Source of the DNA: Camelus dromedarius
Taxonomy: Eukaryota
Direction: 5' to 3'
NCBI RefSeq assembly: GCF_036321535.1
Contig: NC_087436.1
Span: 93,560,001 to 93,624,000, forward strand
Length of the DNA stretch: 64,000 bases
Numbering within the stretch: position 1 is the first letter of the stretch; each line of letters opens with the position of its first letter. The notes below the pieces were generated by a model, which saw only the letters and a program-made list of their open reading frames with translations, had not been told where the DNA came from and made no database searches. Shown here piece by piece: positions 50,235 to 61,260 of the stretch. The position numbers were made by a program, and so were the translations under genes.

Positions 50235-52987
50235 ACTCCTGTTTTTTTCCTAAGAATTTTATGGGTTTAGTGCTTACCTTAGGTGTTTGATTAATGTTGG
50301 TGTGTGGTCTAACTTTATTCTCTTGCATGTGCATATCCACTTGTACCAACACTGTTTGTCAAAAGGCTGTTCTCTCTCATGTTAGGATGGGCTTTTCATG
50401 TTCTACAGTGAAACCAGATGGGTTTTGATAGGGATTGTGTTTAATCTTTAGATTATTTTGGGAAGTTGTGTCATGTTAATAGTCTTCCAAGTCTGTGTAC
50501 ATGGATAGCTTTCCATTTATTCAGGTCTCCTTTAATTTCTTTCAATGATGTTTTGTAGTTTTAGTGTACAAGTCTTGCACTTCTCTGTCAAATTTATTCC
50601 TAAATATTTTATTCTTTTTCATGCTATTATAAATGGAATTTTTATTGATTTCATTTTCAGATTGTTGCTGATGCATGGAAATAGAACTGATTTCTCTCTC
50701 TCTCTCTCGATAGAACAATGTATCTAAGGATATATATATATAGAGAGAGAGAGATCTTGTTTCCTTTCCCCTCCTTCTCACACTCTTGGAATTCTAGTAG
50801 ATTTTTCAAATTCACCTACTGTCCTTCCATATTATCCCATTTTTACTTTATCAGTTGTTTAAATATATTTTTAAAGTCCTTTCAGACTGTTGCACTATTT
50901 TTAGCTCTGGGGGTGCAGATTTTGCCATTTGCATTAGCTATTTCTTATGGCGGGTTTTTTTTTTTCTTGTTTGGTCTCAAACTTTGACTCCGAGGGCCTC
51001 TTCGGTGGGGGCTGCTGAACATGGGAGTTCCATGTGACTAGGACTGTGGGAACCCAGAGGAGTTTCTCATTTGCCTCAGTCAGTATCCATGGGTCTCACT
51101 GCTTTGGGACCAGTGTTTGTGTTATTTTCTTGGCCTGCGGCCCTGACACTCCATGGAGATTAGGTAGTTGGATACTATACCTCCATGTGGGAGCAGTCTT
51201 AGAATTTTGATTTCCTGTTGGTGAGGTTTAAAAAGTTTGTTTTTATTTATTTATTTTTACCCCATCCCCAAATAAAAGCTTCCTTGCAAAGCCTGGGGAT
51301 GGGGGGCATGAATGTTTTCGACGTCTTGTTTTACTGAAGGGGCAGCCCTGTATGACTGCCAGCATTGAGCTCATAGGTCAGCTCTAGCTGGCCAGCTTTG
51401 TGGGCCCTGTGATCTGTTCGTCCCTTTCTTCCCTGTGGGTCATCAGTCTTAGCCCCTAGATATTAAGGCTCTGTCATGTTCTATAAGCCTTTAAGTCTTC
51501 AAAATGTCACCTTTCTTCACTGACTTTGATTTCCGTCTTCAGTTCTGCCCAGGGATTTATTTCTCATGGTTTTGACTTTTTTTTGTATTCAAAAAGTTGT
51601 TAGTTAGTTACATCTTTTTCAGTTTTTCCATGTATTTGAAACAGGCAGCCTTCCTTTGTCATTTTGGCTCATTGTTATCGACTGGAAACTTTACCCCTGC
51701 AGTCTGATTAAAGGATTTTTAAAACCTTGGAATCCCCAGATTGCGATCCCTGATTTCCTCAGAACTTTAAACATAAATGAGTGTTAAGTGAATGGTAGTT
51801 CAGTGGATGGGTGTTCTGCAGATCCTTTTACTGGGTTGCCTCGTACCTGATTAACCACAGTTGTGTAGGGCAGTGAGGTGCAATCTCTTCGATGTTCACC
51901 TCATTCCTTGTAGAACACCGCTTGCTGCGTGTGTCTCAGAATCAGTAGGTTAGTTCTAGATTTTTACGTGGCGTGTGAACCCAAGCTGTGTATTTTTAGG
52001 TGTTAATAAATATGGAGCTTATTTCATGCCCTAGGAAATAAGGTTCTATCTTGATATTAACAGTAATAAAAAGAAGGTTACTTCTATATATTCTTCTGTC
52101 TCTGGAGACAGAAATTAAAGTTCAGTAGTCCCAATTAAAATCCCTTCTTTGTAAATTTTTGCTTTTTTTAAAAAAATCTTACCTATAATCTGCTGCTTCT
52201 GAGCTAGAGATTGGAAATATTGTTTTGTTGTGATTAAAAAAAAAAAAACCAAACTCCTTTTCACATGGATGCTCTGGATCTGCAGGAACAGAAAGGGAGA
52301 GCAGAACTAAGAAGCCTGTGTCAGAGCTTCAAGAGTAGGGATCAACATTCTGGAAAGGCGCCTGCCTGGTGTCTGTATTGCTTGTGGAATGAGCCTCTGG
52401 AAAGAGTCTTGTCTCTTGTCATAGACTAGCTTTCTGGCTCCAGGGGAGCCTGTTTGTCGAGTGTGGTGACTCCCTGCAGACCTCACACCCAGCATTCTTG
52501 GGATAACTGTAGGGTGTTCTGAGCAGCCTTTTCCCCACACTCATGTGAAGAGGATTGCGATGGTGGGGCTGGGTTAGCCTTCAATATATGCAGACAGGCT
52601 TTGACTCAGGGAGAGATGAGAAGGATGTGTTGTCCTCAGGGAGGTGGCCACACACTTGCTGCTAATGGAGTAACTGGGAAGAACTGCCCCTGCCATTGGG
52701 AGCTTAAGACCCCTCTTCTGGGAGTAGCCTCTGGAAAGGAAGAGTCAACTTTATGGGACAGTTTTGAAACCAAAGCAAATAGAGTTACTTTTCCAGTTTT
52801 CCTGGACACTTGCTCCGGTGTACAAACCTGAAATTGTACTCAGGGGAAGTGAACTCTGATGACTTGAATGAAGACCACAGAAACCCTTGCACAATGAAAC
52901 CCATAGAATTCTGAAAAAAGGGACTTGGTATGTTTCAGAGTTGCAAGATATGTCATTTTATTGTACCTTCTTTTTTGAGTATGAGTC

Positions 52988-53012
52988 TGTGTGTGTGTGT
53001 GTGTGTGTGTGT
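52988..53012. repeat. (TG)n microsatellite
   Basis: Directly visible. Confidence 0.95.
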
Positions 53013-53984
53013 ATAGAGTTTATAGAAATAGGAAATAGCAACCTTGCACTATTGAATATTCTGTTGAGAATGTTTTGTTAAAGATGCATCTGGACTTTTT
53101 AGTTATTCTCTTTCTTTCAGTTTTAAGGAAGATACTTAAATCCATGGGATTAAATTTGATTTGTCCTTTGAATTCTTTCCGAGGAGTGTCCAATTATGGG
53201 AAAAGTGGATCCTCATCTCGTCGGGTGTAAGAACATTCCTCAAAGAGCTTAAGTTGCATATTGCTTATTTGGAACTTGATGCCAATAAATCCACCCTGAC
53301 TTGGCTAAATCATGCATGCCTGCTACCATCATATCCTTGTGACTGGGGCTTGGTCAAGGGTAAAGACGATTTGCTGAACATCAGGAGAGAGAAGCTTTTT
53401 GTTTTTTGAAATCACTGTTCCTCACACGGAAGGGTCCAGTCTAAGTAAATCTTGAAAGAGGCACCCCTTTTTTCTGGTTGAGGAACACCGTAGAGTTAAG
53501 GCCGGAGGGGTGACCAGAGCCAATAGATGGATTGATATTGTACCTGCTATACTGGTAATGCTTTGCTGGCTTCTCTGGAGGATTGAGAAGAGTTACATAT
53601 TGTCCTCAAAGAGTGTATGTTTTCCTATGTAGACATGACCAAAGGTAGTAACTGCATCAGTTAGCATCAAATTATATGACATAGCAGTTTAGAGGAGAGG
53701 AAGGCCAGTAAAGACATATGTGATCAGTGAAATTCAAGGACTGAAAAAACAAATTTAGAGAGCATCTTCATCCAATAGGACACAAAGGTCTGGGAATGAG
53801 TTTGATTCTGATTACGTGGTTGGCAGAGCGGCTATGGGATTGCCGGTGCCTTGGGTGGTATTGGAAGGGCACGTGAAATGGGATGTCGTGGAGGGACCTG
53901 ATGAAGTAGGGTCACATGGGAAATGTCCAAGGGAGTGCATATCCTGATGAGAACAAAGCGTGTTCAAAATAGGACCTATTTATA

Positions 53985-54220
53985 TTATTAATGACTAACA
54001 CTTGCATAGCCAGACACTGTTCTAAGTACTTCATGTGCATTTTTTTTAATGCTGCCAGCAATTCTCTGTGACAGGTGCTTCTCTCGCCACTCAGTTATAG
54101 ATGAGGACACTGAGGCACAGAGGAGATAGGTAACTTACTTAAGGCTGTGCAGTAAGTGGTGTAGTTGGGATTTGAAGCCAGGCTGTCTGGCTCCAGGGTG
54201 TGTGCTCCTAACTACTGTGC
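53985..54220 (-). mobile_element. MIR SINE
   Basis: tatagatgaggacactgaggcacagaggag...taacttacttaagg...gggatttgaagccaggctgtctggctccag. Confidence 0.85.
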
Positions 54221-54444
54221 TGCTTGCTTCAGTCAACATGAGAAGAGTAGGAAGGGGTTTCAGGCAAGAGAAGTTGTTGGGGGAGAGGAAGTTCCCAGAT
54301 CAGGATTGCAGGGGGCAGGTCCCAGGAATGCGGTGTCTATTTGGTGGCCACACTGAAGTGTTGGTGATACAGAGGGGAGTTAGTGGTTCACTCCATCAAG
54401 CCCGTCCTGGAAGCAGGGTGGCAGAACTAACTGTCTGGCTTCTG

Positions 54445-55040
54445 TGTGCTGGGCCCTGGGAATAGAGCAGCGAATAAGGTAGGTAAGGTCGCTGCTCCCT
54501 TGGAACTTGCATCCATTCTGGTGATGGAGACAAACCACAGGAAAGATACTCAGCAAGGAAGATGATTATGGGCTGTGGTATGTGCTGTGGAGGAATAAGT
54601 TCTGTGATGGAGAGTTACTGAGCAGGGCTCACGTGACACAGGGTGACATAGAGAAGATGTCTCTGAAGAGCTGATGTTTGATCTGTGATCTAAAGGATGG
54701 AAAAAGCCCAGCCACGTGAAGAATTGAGGAAAGCTCATCCCAGGCTGTGGGAATAAGGACAGTTCAAGGGATGAAAAGGAGGCCAGGGTAGCCTCAGCAT
54801 AACGGGCTTGGTGGGGCTTGGTGGGGCTTGGTGGGGCTTGGTGGGGCTTGGTGGGAGGTGAGGTTAGAGAAGGAGGTGGGGCTAAATCAGACCTGAGGGC
54901 CTTGGTAAGGAGTTTAGATCGTTCCCTGAGAGTGGTGAGAAGCCACTGAACGATATGTAGGTGGGTGGCATGGTCCCATGGAAGACCCAGGGTGCTAAAT
55001 AGATACACTTGTTTGAGCAGGCAGGGGCAGGGAGGAGGCT
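54445..55040 (-). mobile_element. L2 3' portion
   Basis: gctgctcccttggaacttgcatcc...tctctgaagagctgatgtttgatctgtgatctaaaggatg...ggtaaggagtttagat...gaagccactga. Confidence 0.8.
54804..54855 (+). repeat. Perfect 10-bp tandem repeat (GGGCTTGGTG), about 5.2 copies
   Basis: Directly visible inside the L2. Confidence 0.95.
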
Positions 55041-55494
55041 GAGAGCAGAGGGGAAGCAAGATGGGGAAAGAACATTTTGGATGTTTCTACCCCATCTGGT
55101 ATCTTGAAATTTTGAATCGCAGCTAACGTGGCCTTTCTGCCTGAGGAAAGATGAGCCTCATGCCATCTAAAGCTTCTTAGAACTCAGGTTGTAATGAGAA
55201 CTCACAGTGGTAAGACTTGATATCCACCTTTTAGCCATTTAACCGTCAATTTATACCTATTTATATGTAGAGAGAAAAATCAAAGCATATGACCCTAAAG
55301 ATGAAACATTTTTTGTTTATTTGCTTTTTATAGACATTGGAATTTATCAAGTATCACTTTATATGTGTATGTATATGATGTGAGGAGCAGAAGACACCTT
55401 GGAAATACTGTAATTAATTATCTTCTCTATTTAATGAATGACTTATTTCCAAGATAGAGACTCAAAATGGAGACACAATTAATTGTTAATCACT

Positions 55495-56014
55495 CAGTAC
55501 CCATATCCTGCTCCATTTTTGCTGATAGAACTTGGATTTAATTCAGGGTGGCATGGCAATCTGCCTCAGACAGTAGGTTGTAATGGTCTAAGCCAACACG
55601 CAGGTCCTGACCCATGTCTTTGGAGCATTCCTTATGGCTAGTGTGGCCATGTTGCCTAGCCCTGGCTGGTGAGATCTGAGAATAAGTCCACTGCGGTGGC
55701 GGTAGAGTTTCTGAGAAAGCATTTATTGTCCTGATAAAACCTGAGAAATGAGTCTGTCAGTGCCCTTCATTGCTTTCTCCTACTTTCTGCCTTGAATGCT
55801 GATGAGATGTATGAGTGCCCAGCAGCCCTCATGGCACCATGAGGTGACAAGCAGAAAGGAAAAGCCAAGAGCATCATGGAGATACCTTCCCTGACATTGT
55901 TCCTGTCAAACCAACACGAGCAGCCCTGAGCCTTCCCACTCGTTCCTATTTGTTGAGTCCACTGTTTGTTCTGGTTTCTGAGATTGAGAGGTGAGTGCAA
56001 TGCTAACTGAGACA
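55495..56014 (+). mobile_element. MaLR solo LTR (MLT1I/MLT1J-like)
   Basis: atggtctaagccaa...gtggccatgttgcctagccctggctggtgagat...ttctgagaaagc...ctgccttgaatgctgatg...ccatgaggtgacaagc...gctaactgagaca. Confidence 0.7.
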
Positions 56015-56723
56015 AATTCGAAGAGCCGGCGTTACGAGCCTTGTCCTGTGTGCTGCGATGGCCTTCTAAATGTTCCTTGGTATTCGGTATGACCTTTAAC
56101 CTGTGTGAAAACAGTTTCTGAAAAGGAAATTCTAACTTGTATTAAAAGTTGTTCACAGTTGAAAGTGATGAGTTGTGGACTTAGAAATATAATTTTCGAA
56201 ATAAATGAACTCGTCTGTGTGAACCTGCTGTAGCAAGTACCGTGGAGCCATACTTCATGGCCAGTATCTTTCTTATGGCCTTTTTTATGATAGCCTTAGT
56301 CAGTGTTCTGGTGAACTACATTGTGTATATTTATGGCTTTATAGGAAACTGTAACAGTACCAAAGGTAATGGCATAAATAGTCTGACTTCTTAAAAATGT
56401 GAAGCTCCAACAGACTTTATTGGATTTCAGGGTAATGGTATTATTAAATTTTCTGCTTCTTTTCAAACTTTTTTTATGGCTGAGTTCCACCCTGGCAGTT
56501 TTGAGAAATTTGGGGGATGGTTCTGTATTTCTTTGGAAAAAAAAATTATCCTGGAATTCTCGATTGCTGAATTGAGGGAGAGGGGAAATAATTTGGATTT
56601 TTTTTTTTTTTAACTATCTTGGCTTTGGGTGTAGCACTCAGTACATTGTTTTCTATGTGGAAAGTAGAAATGGCTCTGTGGTAAGCACTATGGGGATAAT
56701 ATAAGGTATAAAATAAAATTGTC

Positions 56724-57093
56724 TTTTTTTTTAAATTGAGCTATAGTCAGTTTACAATGTTGTGTCAAATTCCAGTGTAGAGCACAATTTTTCAGTCATA
56801 CATGAGCATACATACATTCATTGTCACATTCTTTTTCACTATGAGCTACCACAAGATCTTGTATATATTTCCCTGTGCTATACAGTATAATCTTGTTTAT
56901 CTGTTCTATGTATGCCTGTCAGTATCTACAAATTTTGAACTCACAATCTGTCCCTTCCCACCCCTCTCCCCCTGGCAACCACAAGTTTGTATTCTATGTC
57001 TATGAGTCTGTTTCTGTTTTGTATTTATGTTCATTTGTCCCTTTCTCCCTTTCTCCCTTCCTCCTTCCCTCCCTCCCTCCCTCCCTTCCTCCC

Positions 57094-57141
<48 letters not shown>

Positions 57142-57707
57142 GATTCCATATATGAGCGATCTCATATGGTATTTTTCTTTCTCTTTCTGGCTTACTTCAC
57201 TTAGAATGACATTCTCCAGGGACATCCATGTTGCTGCAAATGATGTTATGTTGTCGTTTCTATGGCTGAATAGTATTCCACTGTATAAATATACCACATC
57301 TTCTTTATCCAGTCACCTGTTGATGGCCATTTAGGCTGTTTCCATGTCTTGGCTATTGTAAATAGTGCTGCTATGAACATTGGGGTGCAGGTGTCTTTTT
57401 GAAGTAGGGTTCCTTCTGGATATATTTCCAGGAGTGGGATTATTGGATCATATGGTAAGTCTGTTCCTAGTCTTTTGAGGAATCTCCATACTGTTTTCCA
57501 CAGTGGCTGCACCAAACTGCATCCCACCAGCAGTGTAGGAGGGTTCCCTTTTCTCTACAACCTCTCCAGCATTTGTCATTTGTGGATTTTTGAATGATGG
57601 CCATTCTGACTGGTGTGAGGTGATACCTCACCAGTGGTGGTTTTGATTTGCATTTCTCTGATAATTAGTGATATTGAGCATTTTTTTCATGTGCCTATTG
57701 ATCATTT
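56724..57707 (-). mobile_element. Young camelid-type L1 3' end (ORF2 C-terminus plus 3' UTR)
   Basis: Minus-strand ORF 57246-57527 ([16 protein letters not shown]...DTCTPMFIAALFTIAKTWKQPKWPSTGDWIKKMWYIYTVEYYSA) is a well-preserved ORF2p C-terminus; poly(T) at the left end; no clear TSD. Confidence 0.95.
57040..57141. repeat. Polypyrimidine compound repeat (CCCT/CCTT)n(CT)n(CTTT)n
   Basis: About 100 bp of pure C/T inside the L1 3' UTR. Confidence 0.9.
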
Positions 57708-57974
57708 AAGCTGTTAGGAAAAAAAGGCACTGTAAGTCACAGGATCATCAAATTATAAAGAGAAAGGAATTTTAGACATCATCTAGTAACATCTCACTTT
57801 TTTCATAACCATAGAACTTGAGACCTAGAACAATTAGTCATTCATTAAAATATAAAAATACATGTGGTTACCCTATGCACCCTCTTCTTTAATGAAAGAT
57901 TTTTCCAAAGGAACAAGGAAACATTGTTTATATAACTCAAGGGCCCTCACAAGAAAGCTTTATAAGCCATCTGT

Positions 57975-58130
57975 TCTGACTGCTTCATTTTACAAATAGG
58001 AAACTGAAGCCCAGAGAGGACAAAGGTTATTTCTTTGATGTGGGCCAGAAAGTAGCTCTTGAGCAGGTAAAGTCAGCACCAAAAAACCTAGACACGTTAA
58101 CATCTTCAGTGCTGTCCACTGGAATCCAGA
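57975..58130 (-). mobile_element. MIR SINE
   Basis: cattttacaaataggaaactgaagcccagagagg. Confidence 0.7.
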
Positions 58131-58444
58131 TGGCAGATGGATGACCTTGGGCAGGTCAGTATTTGAGCTCATCCTTGAACACTGGTTTGGCAGGCACTGG
58201 CAGGAGGCAGGTATCCCAGGCAGAGCCACTGGTAGGAGCCTGGGAGTAGGCAGTTTCAGACAGTTCAGGAGAGAGTGCAGAGCCTAGTCTGGTGCCCCTT
58301 TGGGATCAGGTGGTAGAGGAAGGGCTTATGTCCATAGAGATTAGGGACAAGTTCAGGTCTGTTTGGGCCAGTGCATGGAGGGCCTTGAAAGCCCATCAGT
58401 GGAGTAGGGATTTTATTTGGCAGCCAACAGGGTGCTCTTGAAAG

Positions 58445-58692
58445 AACAATGATGACGATGACAGCTAACATGCAGCACTGACTGCACTACCACCGCCACC
58501 ATTCTAAGTGTCTCATGTGTGCTCACCTGTTTAATTTCCATGACAAGTCTTTCTCTGATACAGGTATTCTCACCTCATTTTACAGTTGAGGGAACAGGCA
58601 CAGAGAGGTTAGATGACTTAGCTGAGAAGACATAGGAAGTTATGGAGACAGGATTCAAACCCAGGTCTGGCCCTAGAGTCCCACTTTCAATG
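58445..58692 (-). mobile_element. MIR SINE, near full length
   Basis: acagctaacatgcagcactgact...cattttacagttgagggaacaggcacagagaggttagatgactt...ggattcaaacccaggtctgg. Confidence 0.85.
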
Positions 58693-60424
58693 GTCCAGAG
58701 TGTGGCATGGAGGTGATGAAGGTGATGGGTTCTCTTAGGAAACTGAATCTGTAGGAGGGTGCAGGAGGATGGGAGTGAGGGCAGAAGGGCAATCAGGAGG
58801 TGATTAAAGACCTCCAGGAGAGTAATAAGAGCTTGGCCTAAGTGACGGCCGTGGAAGTGAAGGGAGAATACAGATGGGTTAGTGGTGCCAGGTCCCCAAT
58901 TGCATATGGGGACCGGGAAGGGACACAGTCAGGAATAACTGAGACGTCACTTGAATGCCTGCCTAACTGGATTAGGGAAGTTTGATGGGAAGGTGGTGAT
59001 TTATTTTGACAGAGCCCTCTTTTTTCACTAGCTTTTAATCTGAGAAAGCTATCTGGGAAAAAGATCCACGCAAGTGCGTCCTAACAGATTTCTGAGTTGG
59101 TGGACCCTTTCCAGCTCATCTGTCTTGGCGTGGTGTTGGGCCACAGTAGATCTGAACAATTTTTTTTTAAGACATTTTGTGGCTTTCACAATTCTAAGAC
59201 CGCTGTCCTCTTGCCAGCTTAAGAATACTGAGTGTGAGAGCAGGAGAGGTGGTGGGTGTGGTTCTGCATCTGGGAGTCGCCTTTGTTTCAGCTTCCCTGG
59301 CTGTGACTCTTGCCTTCCGCTTCCTCCTGCCCGCCCTTGGGTTTGGACAAGGAGGGCTGATTGTGGCTGGAGATAGAGGAGGATGTGGTGTTCCTTTGTG
59401 AGTGGACATCCTGTGTTGAGAGGAACGCCCTCTTCCGATGGCCTCCGCCTGCCCGCGGGTCAGGGCTGAGAGCAGTGTTCTTCTCTCCTGCTGCCTCTTA
59501 GAAAGGCAATCTTGGCTGGGCAGGTCTTCCCTGAGACCTCTAACTGCAGGTCCAGATCAAGGCCCAAGAAGGGACAGCAACTGTTGCAAGATTGGTAGCT
59601 GATACCTTGTGGGAAAAAAAATCTTGAAGCAGATGAGAGAACTTGGAAATGACTACTTGGGTTTATGTTTCATTGCCATCCTGCAGTCTGGGGTGTTTCC
59701 TTCTCCCTCTCCTCTTCTTCCTCTCCTCCCTCCCTCTCTTCCTTCTCCCATCCTTCCTTCCATCATTTCTTTTTCCTCTGTCCCTCTTTTTTTTTCCCCT
59801 CCTTAATCAGCAAAGTTGTTAATTGTGCAGGGTCAGTAAATGTAGTTGCACACATTTTTGTCTTTGATTTTGATTTTCCGTCTTGATTTCTAAGGAAAAG
59901 TAACAAGGCAAGTCTCATAAGCATTGGTTGCATGTGGAATTTGTACAGCTCACACTGTTCTAGGTGGGGCTACATGGGGAAGATGAAGGGACTAGAAGAC
60001 TGGGCCAGCCCCATCCTCAAGCCCCTTAAAAGCCATTGGAAAGACAGTGTGCACATACGGCTTCGAATTCTGGTCCAGTCCCTAGCAGAAGGTCCATGCA
60101 TGAGTTCTCTTGTCTGTCATCAGTGAGATGAAGGAGGTGATATTTGCTTCGGTGGGGTGTTGTGACACACAGATGAGACAGCATGTCTGGAAGAATACTG
60201 AGCACTTATCTGCCTGTTATGATCTAATTAACAATTTCTGTACCTTAGGATGATCCCAGAAATACTAGAGGGAAAAAGGGGGAATCGGAATAGTGTGTTA
60301 AATTGCTTTATGCCTTGTAACCATGTTATTATTATTTAAATTAAAATTATTGTTAAAATAATACCCTTTTTATTTTTGAAGATGAGAACTGAAGTTCAGA
60401 GAGGTTGAAAACAAAATAGTATCA

Positions 60425-60610
60425 CCACCTGCTGGATGTGTGACTGGGGCAATTAATCAGTATCTGACTTTCTGTTACCTCATCTATAAAATGGGAATAG
60501 TAGTAATTCCTTCCTCATAGGGTGGTTATCAGGATTGAAATGGTTTATGTATAAAGCCTTGAGGCAACACCCGGCAAACAGTTGATGTGATAGAAGTATT
60601 AGAAATTACT
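60425..60610 (+). mobile_element. MIR SINE
   Basis: ggatgtgtgactggggcaattaatc...cctcatctataaaatgggaatagtagtaattccttcctcatagggtggtt. Confidence 0.8.
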
Positions 60611-61009
60611 CCTATTCAGACAATTTCCAAACCTCTTTGAAGCCACTATATGGTGGAATCAGGATTGATTCATATGCATTATGTGTTGAAATGGGAGTTA
60701 ACTGCAGTTTTTGAGATGTAGAGTGGATTTGGTTTTCAAGGAGAAGGATTGGGAGAAGTCCAAAGTGGGGAGGGGAAAGGATTTCAGGAACGTGGGGAGA
60801 CTGGGAGAGCTGCAGAGATAATTAGGAGGCAGATCAGAGGGAAGGTTCTGTGTTGCTCTTGTTAGGCGGCTGAAGAGAAGCCCTTTCCTGACTGCCTGGT
60901 TGTGACCCTCACCTTCTCCTGGAAACAGTAGGTGATGGATTGCTAAGCTCTGCACATGGATCTTTGGAGTGGCTGTTTCATCACCTCCTCCCTCTTTCCA
61001 CTCCCTGGA

Positions 61010-61260
61010 AGAGGCAGTTGAGTAGAATATAAACTAAGTATTCTTCAATCAGTAGACCAAGTTTGAAGCCTGGGCCCTGCAAGTTAACAGCTGCCTGATG
61101 TTTCGCAAGTTTCTTAGCCTCACTCTCGCTGCTCTGTGTCCTGCTTGTGAAACGAGGAACGTAATGGTGCCCACATCCCTGGGCTTATGAGACCTAAGAA
61201 AGCTTGTGCACACCGTATATACTTAGCTTTCAACAGTTGTTCGTTAGTAAATGTTATCCA
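61010..61260 (+). mobile_element. MIR SINE
   Basis: agaccaagtttgaagcctgggccctgc...gcaagtttcttagcctc...gtaatggtgcccac. Confidence 0.6.

Larger units (their letters stand above)
48520..50690 (-). mobile_element. L1MB-type element (3' UTR plus ORF2 end) hosting three later insertions
   Basis: L1MB 3' UTR motifs (aatttgcctattctggacacttcatat; gctatgaacaatcatgtacaagttttt) and ORF2 remnants on the minus strand (REVQDLYTK in ORF 50542-50781). Confidence 0.85.

Noticed and set aside
53121..53359. Exon candidate after the strong acceptor tctctttctttcAG
   Set aside because: No convincing donor at exon distance.
54804..54855. CRISPR-like or other repeat-spacer array
   Set aside because: Head-to-tail repeats with no spacers, in mammalian DNA; no repeat-spacer array seen anywhere in the window.
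54550..55059. Longest ORF (169 aa) with PTKPHQAPPS repeats
   Set aside because: It lies in an L2 relic and the peptide repeat is simply the translated 10-bp tandem repeat.
56700..57725. TSD for the young L1
   Set aside because: Flanks (taaaattgtc vs taagctgtt) are too dissimilar to call a duplication.
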